Translations under genes and position numbers: made by a program
Notes under the pieces: model-generated
Told to the model about the DNA's origin: nothing
What the model saw: the letters and a program-made list of their open reading frames with translations, nothing else
Databases searched by the model: none
Assembly (NCBI RefSeq): GCF_009914755.1
Contig: NC_060934.1
Direction: 5' to 3' (one strand)
Origin: the human T2T-CHM13v2.0 reference genome, Homo sapiens
DNA length: 64,000 bases
Part shown: positions 17,944 through 37,568 of the stretch, piece after piece
How positions within the stretch are numbered: the stretch's first letter is position 1
How the letters are laid out: the number at the start of each line of letters is the position of its first letter

Positions 17944-18550
17944 AAGAAAATCACTGTAGACAAAAGTACCCTATTCTGAAAAAAAATTTCTGCAAAAGAC
18001 ATTTATTAGTAAGGAAGGAAAGTGACCGACAAGATTTAAGGCAGGAACAGTAACCCTGCTTTGTGCAATTGCAATTGGGTTTATGATGAGGAGTGCCCTT
18101 ATCTATAAACCTTTAAGCCCTGAGTCTTGAAAGGAAAAGAAAAACACCTAGTTTTTATCTTGCTAATCTTCTGCTAGTCTTCTTGTTATATGACAAGAAG
18201 GCCTGGACAACAAAAACTCTTTTACTGGATTGGTTCCATTGATTCTGTCTCTGAAATCGCAAAGCACCCTGCCAGTAAGGAACTGCCTTTTAAAGTTCTT
18301 TTGATACTGTACAATGCCACTGGCTACCCATGACCCCACGAATTCAGCACCAACCATGGGTGCCCCAAAGATGTCTCTAATTCAGCCTCCAAATCAGAGG
18401 GTCATAAAGACCTTTAAGGCTCATTACATATGGTACTCTATGCAAAGGACTGTCAATGCTGTGGGAGAAAACCCAATTGGAGAGAATATCATGAAAATCT
18501 GGAAGGATTACAACACTGAAGATGCCATCACTGTTACAGAAAAAGCCATG

Positions 18551-18840
18551 GGCGAGGTGCAGTGGCTCACACCTGTAATCCCTGCACTTTGGGAGGTCAA
18601 GGTGGGAGGACTGCTGGCATCCGGGAGTTCAAGACCAGCCTGGGCAACATAGTGAGACCCCACCTCTACAAAAAATAAAAAATTAGCTGGGTGTGATGGT
18701 GCATGCCTGTGGTCCCAGCTACTCGGGAGGCTGAGGTGGGAGGATCACTTGAGCCCAGGAGGCCAAGGCTACAGTGAGCAGTGATCACGTGAATGCGCCC
18801 CAGCTTGTATGACAGAGTGAGACCCCATCCCAAAAAAAAA
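18551..18840 (+). mobile_element. AluJ-like
   Basis: Dimer, TSD agaaaaagccatg. Confidence 0.93.
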
Positions 18841-18856
18841 AGAAAAAGCCATGAAA

Positions 18857-18991
18857 GGCTGGGGGTGGTGTCTAATGGCTATAATCTCAGCACTTTGGGA
18901 CGCTGAGGCAGGAGAATGGCTTGAGGTCAGGAGTTTGAGATCAGGCTGGGCAACATAGTGAGACCCTGTTTCTATTAAAAAAAAAAAAAAA
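18857..18991 (+). mobile_element. FLAM / Alu left monomer
   Basis: Monomer plus tail, TSD gaaaaagccatgaaa. Confidence 0.88.
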
Positions 18992-19761
18992 GAATTGGAA
19001 AAAGCCATGAAAGTCATCAAGTCCAAAACAACAAATTTCTGCAGGAGAAAACTGTGTCCAGATGTTGTGCATGACTTCACAGGATTTACTACAGAGTCAA
19101 ATCAAGGAAATTACAAAAGAGGTTGCACATATGGATCTTGGAGAAATTCCAGAGCTAACAGACACAACATCAGAGGAATAAACAGAAGAAGACATGAGGG
19201 AGATGCGTTCTTCCCCAACCAGTGCCAGACAATAGGAAGAAGACATAGAAGAAGCAGAGCCAAGAAACAAATTGACATTAGACAATCTGGATGAAGGTTT
19301 CCAATTATTCAAGACTGCTTTTGACTTCTTTTACAACATGAACCATTCTATGATACAGGCAATAGAACTAAAGCAAATCGTGGAAAAAGACTGGTACCAT
19401 ATAGCAACATTTTTCAGAGAAATAAAAAAGTAAAAATGTTAGACAGAAATTATGATGGATTTCCACAAAGTTAGTTATACCAAGTGTGCCTACTTCTCCT
19501 GCCTCCCCTTTCCACCTCCTCCACCTCTTCTGCCTCTGCCATCCTTAGACAGCAAGACCAACCCCTCCCTCCCTGTCCTCCTTCCTCCTCCTCAGCCTAC
19601 TCAACATGAAGATGATGAGGAAGATCTTTATGACCCACTTCCACTTAATGAATAGTAAATACATTTTCTCTTCCTTATGATTCTCTTAATAACATTTTCT
19701 TTCCTCTAACTTTATTGTAAGAGTACAGTATATAATACATATATAAAATATGGGTTAATCA

Positions 19762-20140
<379 letters not shown>

Positions 20141-20686
20141 TCAAAATATGCAAATTTTCAACTGCACAGGGGGCCAGTGCCTCTAACTTGGGTGTTGTTT
20201 AAGGGTCACCAGCAGACAGAAAATAAGTAAAGAGAGAATATTTAAAAGCTACCAACATACTTAACTTCTAAAAGCGATTTATAGAAAACAACTCAACAAC
20301 AAGGGAACACATTCTTTTCAAATGCACACAGAACATTCAACAAGATGGACTGTACAATGGACCATAAAGCAACTCTCAATAAATTTAAAAGGATTGTAAT
20401 CACACTGAGTATATTTTCTGACCATCAGGGAATTAAATATGCAATTAGTAACAAAAATATATCTTGAAAATCCCCAAATAATGGAAATGAAACACATTAC
20501 TATATATCACCAGAGAAATGAGAAAATATTTTAAACTGAATGAAAATGAAAACACAACCTACCAAAATTTGTGAGATGTTGTTAGCACAGGAAAAATTTA
20601 CAGCTCTAACTTTTCATATTAGAAAATAAGATCTAAAATCAATGACCTAAATTTCTACCTTATGAAATTAGAAAGAGAGCAAATTA

Positions 20687-21079
<393 letters not shown>

Positions 21080-21384
21080 CTAATTCTTTGAAAGATTAAT
21101 AAAATTGACAAACCTCTAACCAGGCTGATAAGCAACAGAAGAGAAAAGACACACATTACTCATATCATGAATTTGAGAGGGCATCACTATAAATCCTACA
21201 GGGATTTCAAGGAACAGGGAGAATTTTATGAACGAATTATGCCAATAAATTCAACAACCTACATAAATGAATAACTTCCTTGAAGACACAAATGATTAAA
21301 ACTGGTTCAAGAACAAGTAGTAAACTGACTATTCCTAAATCTATTAAAGAAATTCAACTAACAATTAAAATGTTTTCCACAGAA

Positions 21385-21592
21385 GTATACTGATATATGC
21401 ATTTTACTTTGAAACACATTAAAAAAAGATGGATTGATGGATGGAGATCTATCCTATGGGTTATACATGTGATAAAGCAAGTAGAGTGAAATGTAAATAA
21501 CAGAATTTAGGTGAGGGTTATGTGGCTATTCACCATATAATTTTTTCCAACTTTACTATATGTTTGAAATTTTCCCTAATAAAATATTGGGT
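21385..21592 (+). mobile_element. Second old L1ME-type 3' end nested in the host L1 ORF2
   Basis: 3'UTR-like sequence ending aataaaatattggg; degenerate duplication ttttccacag / ttcccacaaag; ORF2 resumes after it. Confidence 0.55.
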
Positions 21593-21794
21593 ATAAATTC
21601 TTCCCACAAAGAAAACTATAGGTCCAGATGACTTCACTGATTATGCTACTAAACATTAAGCAAGAAATAAAACCAATCCTATACAAACTCTTTTTAAAAA
21701 CAGGGGAGGAAGGAATACTTCCCCAACTCATTTTTTAAGAGCAATATTACTCTAATACCCAAACCAAACAAAGACATCACAAGAAAACAATGAA

Positions 21795-21985
21795 CTTTGG
21801 GAGGCCTGGTAGCCTGTAGTCCCAGCTACTCAGGAGGCTGAAGTGGGAGGATCACCTGAGCCCGACGAGGTTGACGCTGCAGTGAGCTGTGATCATGCTA
21901 CTGTACTCTAGCCTGGATGACAGAGTAAGACCCTGTCTCAAAAAAACCCAAACAACAAACAAACAACCAAAAAACCCAAAAATCT
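21795..21985 (+). mobile_element. AluJ-like fragment (mostly right arm)
   Basis: Right-arm consensus plus A-rich tail. Confidence 0.88.
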
Positions 21986-22718
21986 AATAAATAAGTTTAT
22001 CAAGGATGCAGGAAAAAAAAGTCAATTAAAAAACAAGTATATTTCCATAAACTAGCAACAAACGACTGGAAATTGAAATTTAAAATACCATTTACATGAC
22101 ATAAAAATGAAATATTTAGGGATAAATTGAGCAAAATAGGCATAAAACAAGTACACTACGAAACACTGACAAAAATTTTAACAGACCTAAATAAATGGAG
22201 AGGTATATTATGTTTACTCCATTATGGATATGAAAACAGTATTATTAAAAGTATCAATTCTCTTCCAAGTCATCTATAGAGTTAATGCAATTCTAATCAA
22301 AATCTCACCAGTCTTTTTGCAGAAACAAGCTAATTTTATACAGAAATGGAAAGGACCTAGAATATTCAAAAACATTTAAAAAAAACAAAATTAGAGGGTT
22401 AGCTGATTTCAAGATTTATTATAGACATACAATAATCAAGACATGGTAGACCATAAATTTAGACGTATAGACCAATGGAACAGAACTGACGGTCCAGAAA
22501 TAAACTGCACATACATGTTCAATTGATTTTTTTTTACAATGCGCCTAAGTACCTCAATGGAGAAAGAGTAGTCTTTTCAACAAATGGCAACATAACTGAA
22601 TATTTGGCGGGGGGGAAAGAACATTTACCACACACCATAAAAAAGGTTAATTTGAAATGAATCACAGAACTAAATGTAAAAGCCAGAATTACAAAACTTA
22701 CAGAAGAAAATACAACGA

Positions 22719-23017
22719 GGCCGGGTACAGTGGCTCACACTTGTAATCCCAGCACTTTGGGAGGCCGAGGTGGGTGGAACACTTGAGGCCAGGAGTTCAA
22801 GACCAGCCTGGTCAACATGGTGAAACCCTGTTTCTACTAAATATACAAAAATTAGCTGGGTGTGGTGGTGCACGCTTGTAATCCCAGCTGCTCAGGAGGC
22901 TGAGGCATGAGAATTGCTTGAACCCGGAGGCAGAGGTTGCAGTGAGCCGAGAATGTGCCACTGCACTCCAGCTTGGGCGACAGAGTAAGACTCTCAAAAA
23001 AAAAGAAAAAAAGAAAG
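22719..23017 (+). mobile_element. Alu (AluS-like)
   Basis: Dimer plus tail. Confidence 0.95.
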
Positions 23018-23222
23018 TACAATGAACATTTTTGCAACCAGAAGTAGGCAGAGATTTATTAAATAAAACACAAAAGCATGACTCCTTTAAAAAGTAAATT
23101 AATCTTCATGAATATCTACTTAAGTTAAAATTGATCTTAAAAATATCTAGTATTTGAAAGACATCACTGAGAATATGCAAAGAAAAATGGCAAGCTACTG
23201 ACTTGGAGAAAATATTTAGAGA

Positions 23223-23276
23223 GTGTGTGTGTGTGTGTCTGTGTAACAACGTGTGTGTGTGTGTGTGTGTGTGTGT
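23223..23276. repeat. Interrupted (GT)n microsatellite
   Basis: Seen directly. Confidence 0.95.
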
Positions 23277-23416
23277 AACAACCTGCATCAAAAATATATA
23301 AAAACTCATAAATAATACAATTTAAGAAAAGAAGAACAACCAAATTTTAAAAATAGGTAAATGATCTGGACACTTCACAAAAGAAGATATATAATGGCCA
23401 CATAAAAAGCTGCTCT

Positions 23417-23622
23417 AGCCGGGCACAGTGGCTCATGTCTGTAATCCCAGCACTTTGGGAGGCCAAGGTGGGTGGATCACTTGAGGTGAGGAGTTCAAGA
23501 CCAGCCTGACCAATATGGTGAAAACCCGTCTCTACTAAAAATACAAAAATCAGCTGGACGTGGTGGCACGCACCTGTGGACCCAGCTAACTCAGGAGGCT
23601 GAAGCAGGAGAATCACTTGAAC
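23417..23622 (+). mobile_element. AluS-like, 3'-truncated mid right arm
   Basis: Stops at aatcacttgaac; flanked by tgctctag on both sides. Confidence 0.9.
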
Positions 23623-23661
23623 TTGCTCTAGTCATCATGCAAATTAAAACTAATAATATTA

Positions 23662-24021
<360 letters not shown>

Positions 24022-24123
24022 TCATAATTCCCAGTGTGGCAAAGACATGGTGTAGTTGGAACTTTCGTATGTTCGTTGATTGGAATGAGAAATGGTAGAA
24101 CCACTTTTGAAAACAGCGTGGCA

Positions 24124-25012
<889 letters not shown>

Positions 25013-26968
25013 CATGATGTATATGAATCTCAGAAAGAAGACATAAAAGAGTACATATTGCATTAGTTTATTTATATAAAATTTTTAAAAAGACAGATCT
25101 ACTCTACAGTGAAAATAATCATATCAGCCGTTGTCTATGGCCCAGACTTGGGGTGAGGACTGACTGCAAAGTGGTATAAGAGAACATTTTTTGGGTGATG
25201 GAAATGTTCTACATCTTGATTGTGGTGGTGGTTACATAAACATATTTTATTATATGTTAATTATACCTCAATAAAGTTAAATTTAAAAGTCCAGCAAATC
25301 AGGACTAGTCAAAAAAAAAATGTATGGCCATGGGCAGTAAGCTTGTGTCATTTTTGGTCTTAATATTCCATTTTGGGTTGGGACAAGAATGATTCAGACT
25401 GATACATCAGTAACTCTAAGCTAGGAGTTAGTATTTCAACAATGCTAATGAGTCCTCCCATTGTGCTCTTCCCCACCACCCCTGAACAACCCCATAATCC
25501 TCCCTGACAAATTAAATTGACTCCAGGTAGCAAACAACAGTGCCTGGAACTATTCTCAGCTGGGGACTAGCTACAGGAAGGTTTTTTAGTGGGTGTAATT
25601 ACCTGGGCTTTCTAATAAGCTCAATCATTTGCTAAGCTGAGGAACTTCTGGGGTCCTGCCATTACTAAGGACACCTAACGAGGGTTCTGCTTTTGCCTTT
25701 TTTATGAAACTGAGGCAAGAATGAGAGATACTACATGATCATGGCTCTGCTTGTGGCAACTCACTCTGAATAAGGGCCAATAGTTTATGGATCTGCAAAG
25801 AGACAATATTTCACTGGGGGTTCAAGGAGAACGGGGAGGTTTATCTGTCCTTCTTAGGCTTACAAAGGGTCAGGTGGGACTGCTGTGAAGACTCCGTTCA
25901 TGTACATCAGCTGAGAGGTCTAAGGTGTGCACACAGGCAAAGGTCTAAAATGAAAGTAGTGATCCTGATACATACTCCATGAAGGCCTCAAGGGCAGGTA
26001 TGGTTTTTGCATTTTTGTAGCCCCTGGCTTGGCACAGCGTACATACTTCTGTACTTCTGCATGGAAGAAAATAAATCTGCGGAACATTAAGCCAGGGCAA
26101 CCCTTCTCTGCCTTACTGCACTAAAGATACTTAGAAGCTGAGAATTCTTAGACCAAAGCAGGTCCTGAGAGCTTCCTTTGGAGGCAAGAATTGGTTCTTT
26201 TTTTCCACAACACTTTAGTAGCCCAAAGTGACTGAAAAAAAAAAAATAGCCAAAAGCACAGGAACTAGAGTAGCGAACTGTAACAAAACCACAGACCTCA
26301 TCGAGTGAGCATCCCTCCCTCCACTGGGTGCTTATAGTGACTTTCTATCCAAGATAATCTGAATCTCTCTCCAGGGTACAAACACTCAATATAATTATTT
26401 GGAAACAATGATCCAAAAGGTAGACACAAATCTCTTAGACTACAGATAGTTGTTCTGCCTTTTAAAAGGTAACTTCCCTGTATACAGCCACCCTGTATAT
26501 AATAGGCAGAAGGTTTTTTCCCCCCTTTCTATTTTCATTTCCTATACTTCAGGACCAAACCCAGTTTCAGACCCAATTTAAGCTGGCCAGTTCTCCCAGT
26601 CCATCCATGCCTTTCAAGCCTGCTACCAAAGAGCTCTACACTGCCCTCAGATTTATTGATCTGATAGGCTGACTCTGCCCTTCAGCAAGGTGAAGCAGAT
26701 AATGAACCTCACAGTGGGTGATTAGTGAGAGGCCATCAGTTGGTTAAAAGGGTGGTGACATGACTTTAATTTCCCTGGGCAGTCACCCCCACCTCCCTGA
26801 CTTTATTTGGTTGAAGCCCTAGACACCCCTTGTGAAGCTTTTTTCTTTTTTTCACTAATTACAGATCCAACACACACAGGTCCTTACCTTGCACAAGCAA
26901 GGCATCCAATCACACTAATGGGGCTGGGGAAACATGATACACAAATATCACATTAGAACTTCTCTTCT

Positions 26969-27282
<314 letters not shown>

Positions 27283-27928
27283 CTATGGCTTGTTGCATGC
27301 AGGGCACTCTCCCTAGCTCCAACCAAGAGGCTGACATCTCTGTCCTCCCCACCTGAAATTTCTTTTCTTGGAAACATCACATCTAAGAAAGGGAGAGAGA
27401 AAACATTGTCTTTGTTCCTAACTCACTGGTAATTCAACACGGGATCTCTGTCTCTTTGCCAGACCTCATTTATCTATCCCTCCCAAACAGAATCTTTTAA
27501 CAGAAATCCCATCTGTGGGCTCTAACTAGGTGGGTCATTTTGAAGACCACATCTTTTCAACAAGATTACTATAAAAAGTCAAAATGCTGTTATGGTACTT
27601 GGGAAAAACATTTCCAATCAACACAGTTAATAATAGAGATACAAGTTTGCATAATGACACATGTGGCCTCTGATGTTACTGTAATGACAAACCATGTTCT
27701 TCCAAGAACATCTTAAAGAGTTCTGAGCCACTTCCTGAGGGAAGATGTTGCAGTGGAAACAAAAAGAACTTCCCCAAGATCTACTGGAAAAAAGGTGACT
27801 AAAAAAACTGAAGTGGGAATTCCTACCTGAACACTCTCATCTAGTAACCAGGATAAAAGATAATTCTTGGGTTAAACCAAGAAAGCAAGGACTCCTGTCT
27901 CCAGTAACCTCTTCAAAAGCTGACTACT

Positions 27929-28374
27929 GGCCAGGTGCGGTGGCTCACACCTGTAATCCCGGCATTTGGATAGGCTGAGGTGGGAGGATCACCTGAGCCC
28001 AGGAGTACAAGACCAACCTAGGCAACATAAGGAGACCTGGTCTCCACAAAAAATTTTAAAAGTTAGCAGGGTGTGGTGGCGCACACCTGTAGTCCCAGCT
28101 ACTCAGCTGGGACTGGCAACACAGTGAGACCCTATCTCTACCAAAAAAAATAAAAAATAGCCAGACGTGGTAGCACATGCCTGTAGTCCCAGCTGCTCGA
28201 GAGGCTGAGGCAGGAGGACTGCTTGAGTCCGGGAGCTCGAGGTTGCAGTGAGCTATTCAGGAGGTGGAGGTGGTAGGATCACTGGAGCCCAGGAGATTAA
28301 GGCTGCAGTGAGCCATGATCACACCACTGCAGTCCAACCTGGGATATAGAGTGAAATCCTGTCTCAAAAAAAAA
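27929..28374 (+). mobile_element. AluJ-like with a ~150-bp internal insertion
   Basis: Left arm, extra segment 28105-28255, right arm resumes; outer TSD aaagctgac. Confidence 0.9.
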
Positions 28375-28382
28375 TTTTTTTA

Positions 28383-28691
<309 letters not shown>

Positions 28692-28978
28692 TTACTAGAA
28701 TTCCTACTACCTCCATCACTGTTCCCTTCTATGCACTGCCAATGAAGCTTCACAGTTGCCTGAGAAAGCCCAGAAGTTTATATGACAGTCATTTCAAAAT
28801 TCATACCTAATTGGAGAAAATGCTGACAGTGATAGAGATGAATAATAAGCTGAGCTCTTCTCTGCCAGTGACCTCTGCATTCATCCAGCTTGGCTGTGGG
28901 ACATTCATTTTTAGTCTTTTTTTTTTCTATAAACAAAATGGAATCGCTATTTTAAAAACAATTAAAATTCACTGTGCT

Positions 28979-29295
<317 letters not shown>

Positions 29296-29354
29296 CTACC
29301 TTTTAGATCTTGAACAGTATATTATCTACCAAAATAAGTAAGTAAAAATATTTT

Positions 29355-29679
29355 AGGTAAGGCATCATGTCTCACGTCTGTATTCCCAGTGCTTTGGGAG
29401 GCCAAAGCAGAAGAACTGCTTGAGGCCAAAAGTTTGAGACCAGCCTAGCCTGGGCAACATAGTAAGACCCCATCTCTATCAAAAAAAAAAAAATAGCCAG
29501 ACATGGTAGCACATGCCTGTAGTCCCAGCTACTCGAGAGGCTGAGGCAGGAAGACTGCTTGAGTCCAGGAGCTCGAGGTTGCAGTCAGCTAGAATCGTGT
29601 CACTGCACTCCAGCCTGGGTGACTGAGAGAAACTGCATCTCAAGAAAAAAAAACAAAAAAAGAAAAAGGAAAAAAAAAA
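29355..29679 (+). mobile_element. AluJ-like
   Basis: Dimer plus tail. Confidence 0.92.
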
Positions 29680-29682
29680 GTT

Positions 29683-29851
29683 GGCTGGGTATGGTGGCTC
29701 ATGCCTGTAATTCCAGCATTTTGAGAGGCTGAGGCAGGAGGATCACTTGAGCCCAGGAATTGGAGCCTGCAGTGAGCTATAATTGTGTTACTGCACTCCA
29801 GCCTGCATGACAGAACAAGACCTTGTCTCTAAAAATTAAAAAAAAAAAAAA
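29683..29851 (+). mobile_element. Alu monomer (left-start/right-end hybrid)
   Basis: Single monomer plus tail. Confidence 0.88.
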
Positions 29852-30209
29852 TTAAGTCATCACGTCCCTTTAGTGTGTAGAAGAAACTTTATTTCTCATA
29901 GGGACCTTTCTGAGACACTTGATTGGAATAAAGAGTCTCTTCTCTCATTTATAAAGTTACCATACTGTGCCAGGATCTTCCACTTACACATTTCTGCCTG
30001 ACTGGCAGGCACAGTCCCCAGACGCCTCGTCAGTGTTTTTTGTCCTCAACTGAATGGGCCCTTCCCAGTCTAAGACCTTCCCCCATCCCCCGGGAATAAG
30101 CCATTATCTTCACTCTCCTTCCTTCTTTCTCCACTTTCCTGTACTTTTTCCTTCAGAATATCTGACACACTTAGGTTGTCACATATGCCCCAGCCTGATA
30201 AAACTGAAA

Positions 30210-30720
<511 letters not shown>

Positions 30721-31488
30721 TTTCCTTTTATCTATTTGCACGTATTTTAAATCTGAAACACTTTCTCTCCTATCTAGGGCCTCTGGCAGTGCAGCTTATC
30801 TCCTGGTCCAGGGAAGACAGTGGTCATCCTAGCAGCACATCATTGTTCAGCTGACCCTCGCATGTGGGCCTTCTCAAGATGCCCTATATAACATAAAGAT
30901 GATTACTGAGGATAAGCAGCTTGTAAAACCCCACCTCATCCCCACTTCTGACGTGTCTTTCTGGCAGTAGTGAATCCGGTGAACAACTCATATCAAACAT
31001 TTTTCTGCAAACAGGTCAGCTGAAATGCCAGAATCTAAACAAAGGCAACAAAGAAGGCAGGGTTGGATGGCCAGTGCCGGTGTCACATGCTCACACTCGA
31101 GAATTCGCAAAGCAACCATCATTCATGGCTACAGGGAGGCAGTGAAAGACTACAATACAGGCTGTTGTAGAAAAACATGATGCCAAGCACAGAAAACTGA
31201 GTTATGGCTGTCGTGGGAGTCTTACATCTCAGCTCTTCAGCACATGTCTCTGCCAAGGCTGCCTTGTGTGATGGTTCGGGTCCTGTTCTAAGATGAGAAA
31301 ACACCACAGGAATTCTCAGAGTGGGCTGCTTAGAGAGGCCTCAATTACCCTATTTGAGATCCAAAGCTTCCCTGGGGAAAACTTTTACTTAGGTGGCTCC
31401 CATGGGGAAAGTGGGTCACATTCACCTCCTGCTCAGAAAACCCCGCCACACAGCTTTACAGCCCCCTTCTTACAGTCTTCCTCAACAA

Positions 31489-31701
31489 CCTGTGGTGTGC
31501 TGGAGATGGCTCACACAGAGGCTTGGCTTGTGAGAGCTGACTGTTAAATTTCAAAAATGGTGACAGCCAGCTGGCTTCACATTAGTAGCCATGGTGGGAG
31601 CATTCACACCGAACACTACCAATCAGCTCCCCTCCCACCACTCACAGCTCCACAACCCCCGGCCCCCCAGCAATTGTTAAACATTTACTAGTACGCCAAG
31701 G
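31489..31701. mobile_element. MER63-like hAT-Blackjack MITE
   Basis: tggtgtgctggag...gagagctgactgttaaat...gccatggtgggag...ttgttaaacatttactagtacgcca; degenerate TIRs. Confidence 0.75.
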
Positions 31702-32384
31702 ACCAACGACTCTCAAGCTGAAGTATCAGGCTCCATTTTCCTCATAAGTCTTTGTGTTCTCTGGCCCTTTCCCCAAGATCTTTCTGTTCTTCTCCTGGAT
31801 GTTCTCACGTAATGGATGCCACCCAGGGCCCCTAACAATGTTGTTCCCCACAAACTGGGGTTCTCCTCTTATGAGTGCTTCGATCCTTTCTGGGAAAATA
31901 AAGCTAGGCATCATTTGTATTTCTAAAGAGCCAGCAGTTATTTATAATGACTCTTAGGATCAGGAGAAGACAAAAATGGTTTAGCAAGATTACCAATAGA
32001 TGGAAATAAGAAAATACTTAGCAGCTTCTAACATAACCTTCACTCATTCAGATATAAAGCATGTTATTTCCTTAATTTTCTTTAACCTACTCCCACAAAT
32101 GAATAACCTGTTTTGTCATAATACTTTTGAAGATATGTCTTATACAACATTATACAGGTCTCCTCTGAATCCAAAATCCAAAGCCCTAGTTAGAGTGGAG
32201 ACTTAAACTTAGGAATCTGGTTACACCATCCTATGGCCCTGTGACATATGAGGGTACCAGCAGAACACCTTTCTGCTCTTCCCAGAAAATTTCTAAATTT
32301 ATATGTAGAGAGATTTTTAGCAAGCTCCTGGGTCACTTGGTTGAAAAGAACACCACCTTCAAGATAAGTGTGCCCACTCTTAAA

Positions 32385-32585
32385 AACTGAAAGCAGGCTG
32401 GTGGTTACCAGGGCAGCTGAGGGTTGGGGGGAAGTTGTTCAATTCTGCAAGATGAAAAAGTTCTAGAGATCTGTGGCACAACAATGGACATATTGTTAAG
32501 TGTACTATACCATACACTTAACATGATTAAAACGGTAAGTAGTGACATGTGTGGGGTTTTTTTTAACTGCAATTTTAAAAAAAAG
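32385..32585 (+). mobile_element. L1M 3' end fragment
   Basis: gtggttaccaggg...gcaagatgaaaaagttctagagatctg. Confidence 0.75.
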
Positions 32586-32599
32586 ATTTACCCAATAGG

Positions 32600-33160
32600 C
32601 CTCATCATATGTCTACCATTGAGGCTGGCTCATACCAGGCCCCTAATAAATGCTTGTGAATTGAACCAAAGGCAGTACACTTAGGACAGGGATGAGAGTC
32701 AGTGCGATAGGGATTATGGAGGCTGTGATTAAATGACTGACATATTTTAAATCATCCAGCCTCTGGGTGTTCTGTGACCCAAAGACATGACTTGCTAGAA
32801 CTATTTTCTATTCTTTCTGTCCTTTTCAGATCCTGGTTTTGAGTACACTTTACAATTTATGCCTCTTCATTTTATCCAATCCCTACCACTCCTCTTTCAA
32901 GGCCAAACTCCATTCTTTTCTCCTCCGTATGGCCTTTTCTGACCACTTTTCTGATTGTCTGCAGAGATCTTTCCCTAACAGAATAGATCCACTGGTAAGC
33001 TAACAATAACAAGTTGCCTTAAACCATCTCTTGCACTATTCCATCCTCTGATAGCAAAAGCCCTTTTGTATCCCTCAAATGCCTAGCACACTCAGAGGCA
33101 AAGAGCAGGCACTAAATACCAAGATACTGATAGCTGAATGAAGGTTGAAGAATGCAAGAA
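32600..33160 (+). mobile_element. L2 3' fragments
   Basis: aataaatgcttgtgaattgaa; tgcctagcaca...actaaata...gaatgaa. Confidence 0.5.
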
Positions 33161-33519
33161 TGGGCCAATAATTTACTTGCTTTCCAGTGGGATATTTCAA
33201 AGGCATAAAATTGGTCAGGAATGTGACTGAAAGCTTAAGGAATAAGGTGTTCAAAGAAGGTTTTGCTTTGAACCCTAAGTTGCCACTATGTTTGCTAGAT
33301 ATTCAGGGCTCTAGAAAATCTTCTGTAAAGGTCTGCTATGAAGCCCTCTCTTGCCTATAAGGAAGTAAGAGCAGATATAAATCACCATGTCACAGCATTT
33401 GTAAACCAACTCAAACGGTGAACAGCCTAAAAGCTCAAGATCCTCAATGAGCATTTTCAAAGGTCTGATGGCTTTGGAGGAAAGAAAAGTATGAGGTACT
33501 TTACTTTCCCACCCAACAC

Positions 33520-34014
<495 letters not shown>

Positions 34015-34135
34015 GTGAATTAGTATCATTCCAAGAAACTTCGTGGCAGACCTCTAGCACGTACGTGGATGCATTTCTAATATGATGCAGCTGATAATAT
34101 CAAAATCTTTTTCCTAGTTTGAAAAGTAGGAATAG

Positions 34136-34436
34136 GGCTGGGTGCAGTGGCTCACACCTATAATACCAGCACTTTGGGAGGACAAGATGGGAGGATCACT
34201 TTAGGCCAAGAGTGTGAGACCAGCCTGGGCAACACATTGAGACTCCTCTTTCCACAAAACTGAAAAAAATTTAGTGGGGCATGGTAGCATGCTCCTGTAG
34301 TCTTAGCTACTCAGGAGGCCAAGGCAGGAGGATCGCTTGAACCTAGGAGTTTGAGGTTACAGTAAGCAATGATCACTCCATGCACTCCAGCCTGGGTGAC
34401 AGAGCAAGACCTTGTCTCTAAAAAAAAATAATAAAA
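34136..34436 (+). mobile_element. AluJ-like
   Basis: Dimer, TSD aaaagta(g/a)gaatag. Confidence 0.93.
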
Positions 34437-34660
34437 GTAAGAATAGAGGAGAGGGAGTATCTAAGAGTGTCAGATAGGATGGGGTAGGCAGAAGAACCTC
34501 CCTGGAGAGCTCTTCCATTTCAGCATACTTCTGTGAAGGTAGTAGCATTGCCTCATCAAGACAGGATATCCTCAAAGCATCCAAACCCAAGTATTTAAGT
34601 TTCTCTTAAATACCTGCCATCTACATTTATTTAGTACAGACAAAATGGTCATGGGGTTTA

Positions 34661-35015
<355 letters not shown>

Positions 35016-35594
35016 CCCGCCAAGCAAACAAAAAGAAAATTAGGGTGCAGGCCACTAGCGAGGGACAAGCTGAAGACCAGAATTTCGGAAGGCTTACAAG
35101 GGTGACTGATGTGCTCAGGTTGCATTATTTGCGGTCCTCTTTAAAAGAGAAGAGAGCTAGAGGAGATGAACACAACTGGAAGCAGAGAGAAAGTAGCCTT
35201 AGAAATGGAGAGAATCAAAGTAGACTCAAAGTTCCTAATGTCAGAAACCACTTAAGCTGGTATGCATTCTAAATCTTCCAGTCTGACCCCTTAGTTTCAT
35301 CTTTTTGGGAATCCTTATTCCTTGGCTGATCAATTTTCCTGGACATATCAAATGATTCTACCAGGTAGGGATGCATGCTTACTAAAAAGCCACACTGGAG
35401 AGAGAAAGGAACTAAATCTCAGTTGAAGAGGGGACAAGGGGCCTGAAGGACAATTTTGAAAGGTGTCCCAGAAACAAGCCAAATCCAGTAAGGAATAAAC
35501 TATGAGTAGTTTCATAGCTCTTAGAAAAGCAAGTTGTATCTTCTCCGTAATCTTTATTCATAAAGGTATGTTAAATACAAAAAGAGGTCAAAAT

Positions 35595-37130
<1,536 letters not shown>

Positions 37131-37218
37131 GGTAAAAATGAACAAGCTTCACAATTAACCCCAGACAAATATAGCACCTGCATATATACCATAAAAATAC
37201 ATACAGTTTATTACATTA

Positions 37219-37568
<350 letters not shown>

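Noticed and set aside
17297-18652. Possible domesticated TIGD/CENP-B-like gene
   Set aside because: Stops, frameshifts, Alu insertions, mutated catalytic motif and retained TIRs indicate a neutral fossil
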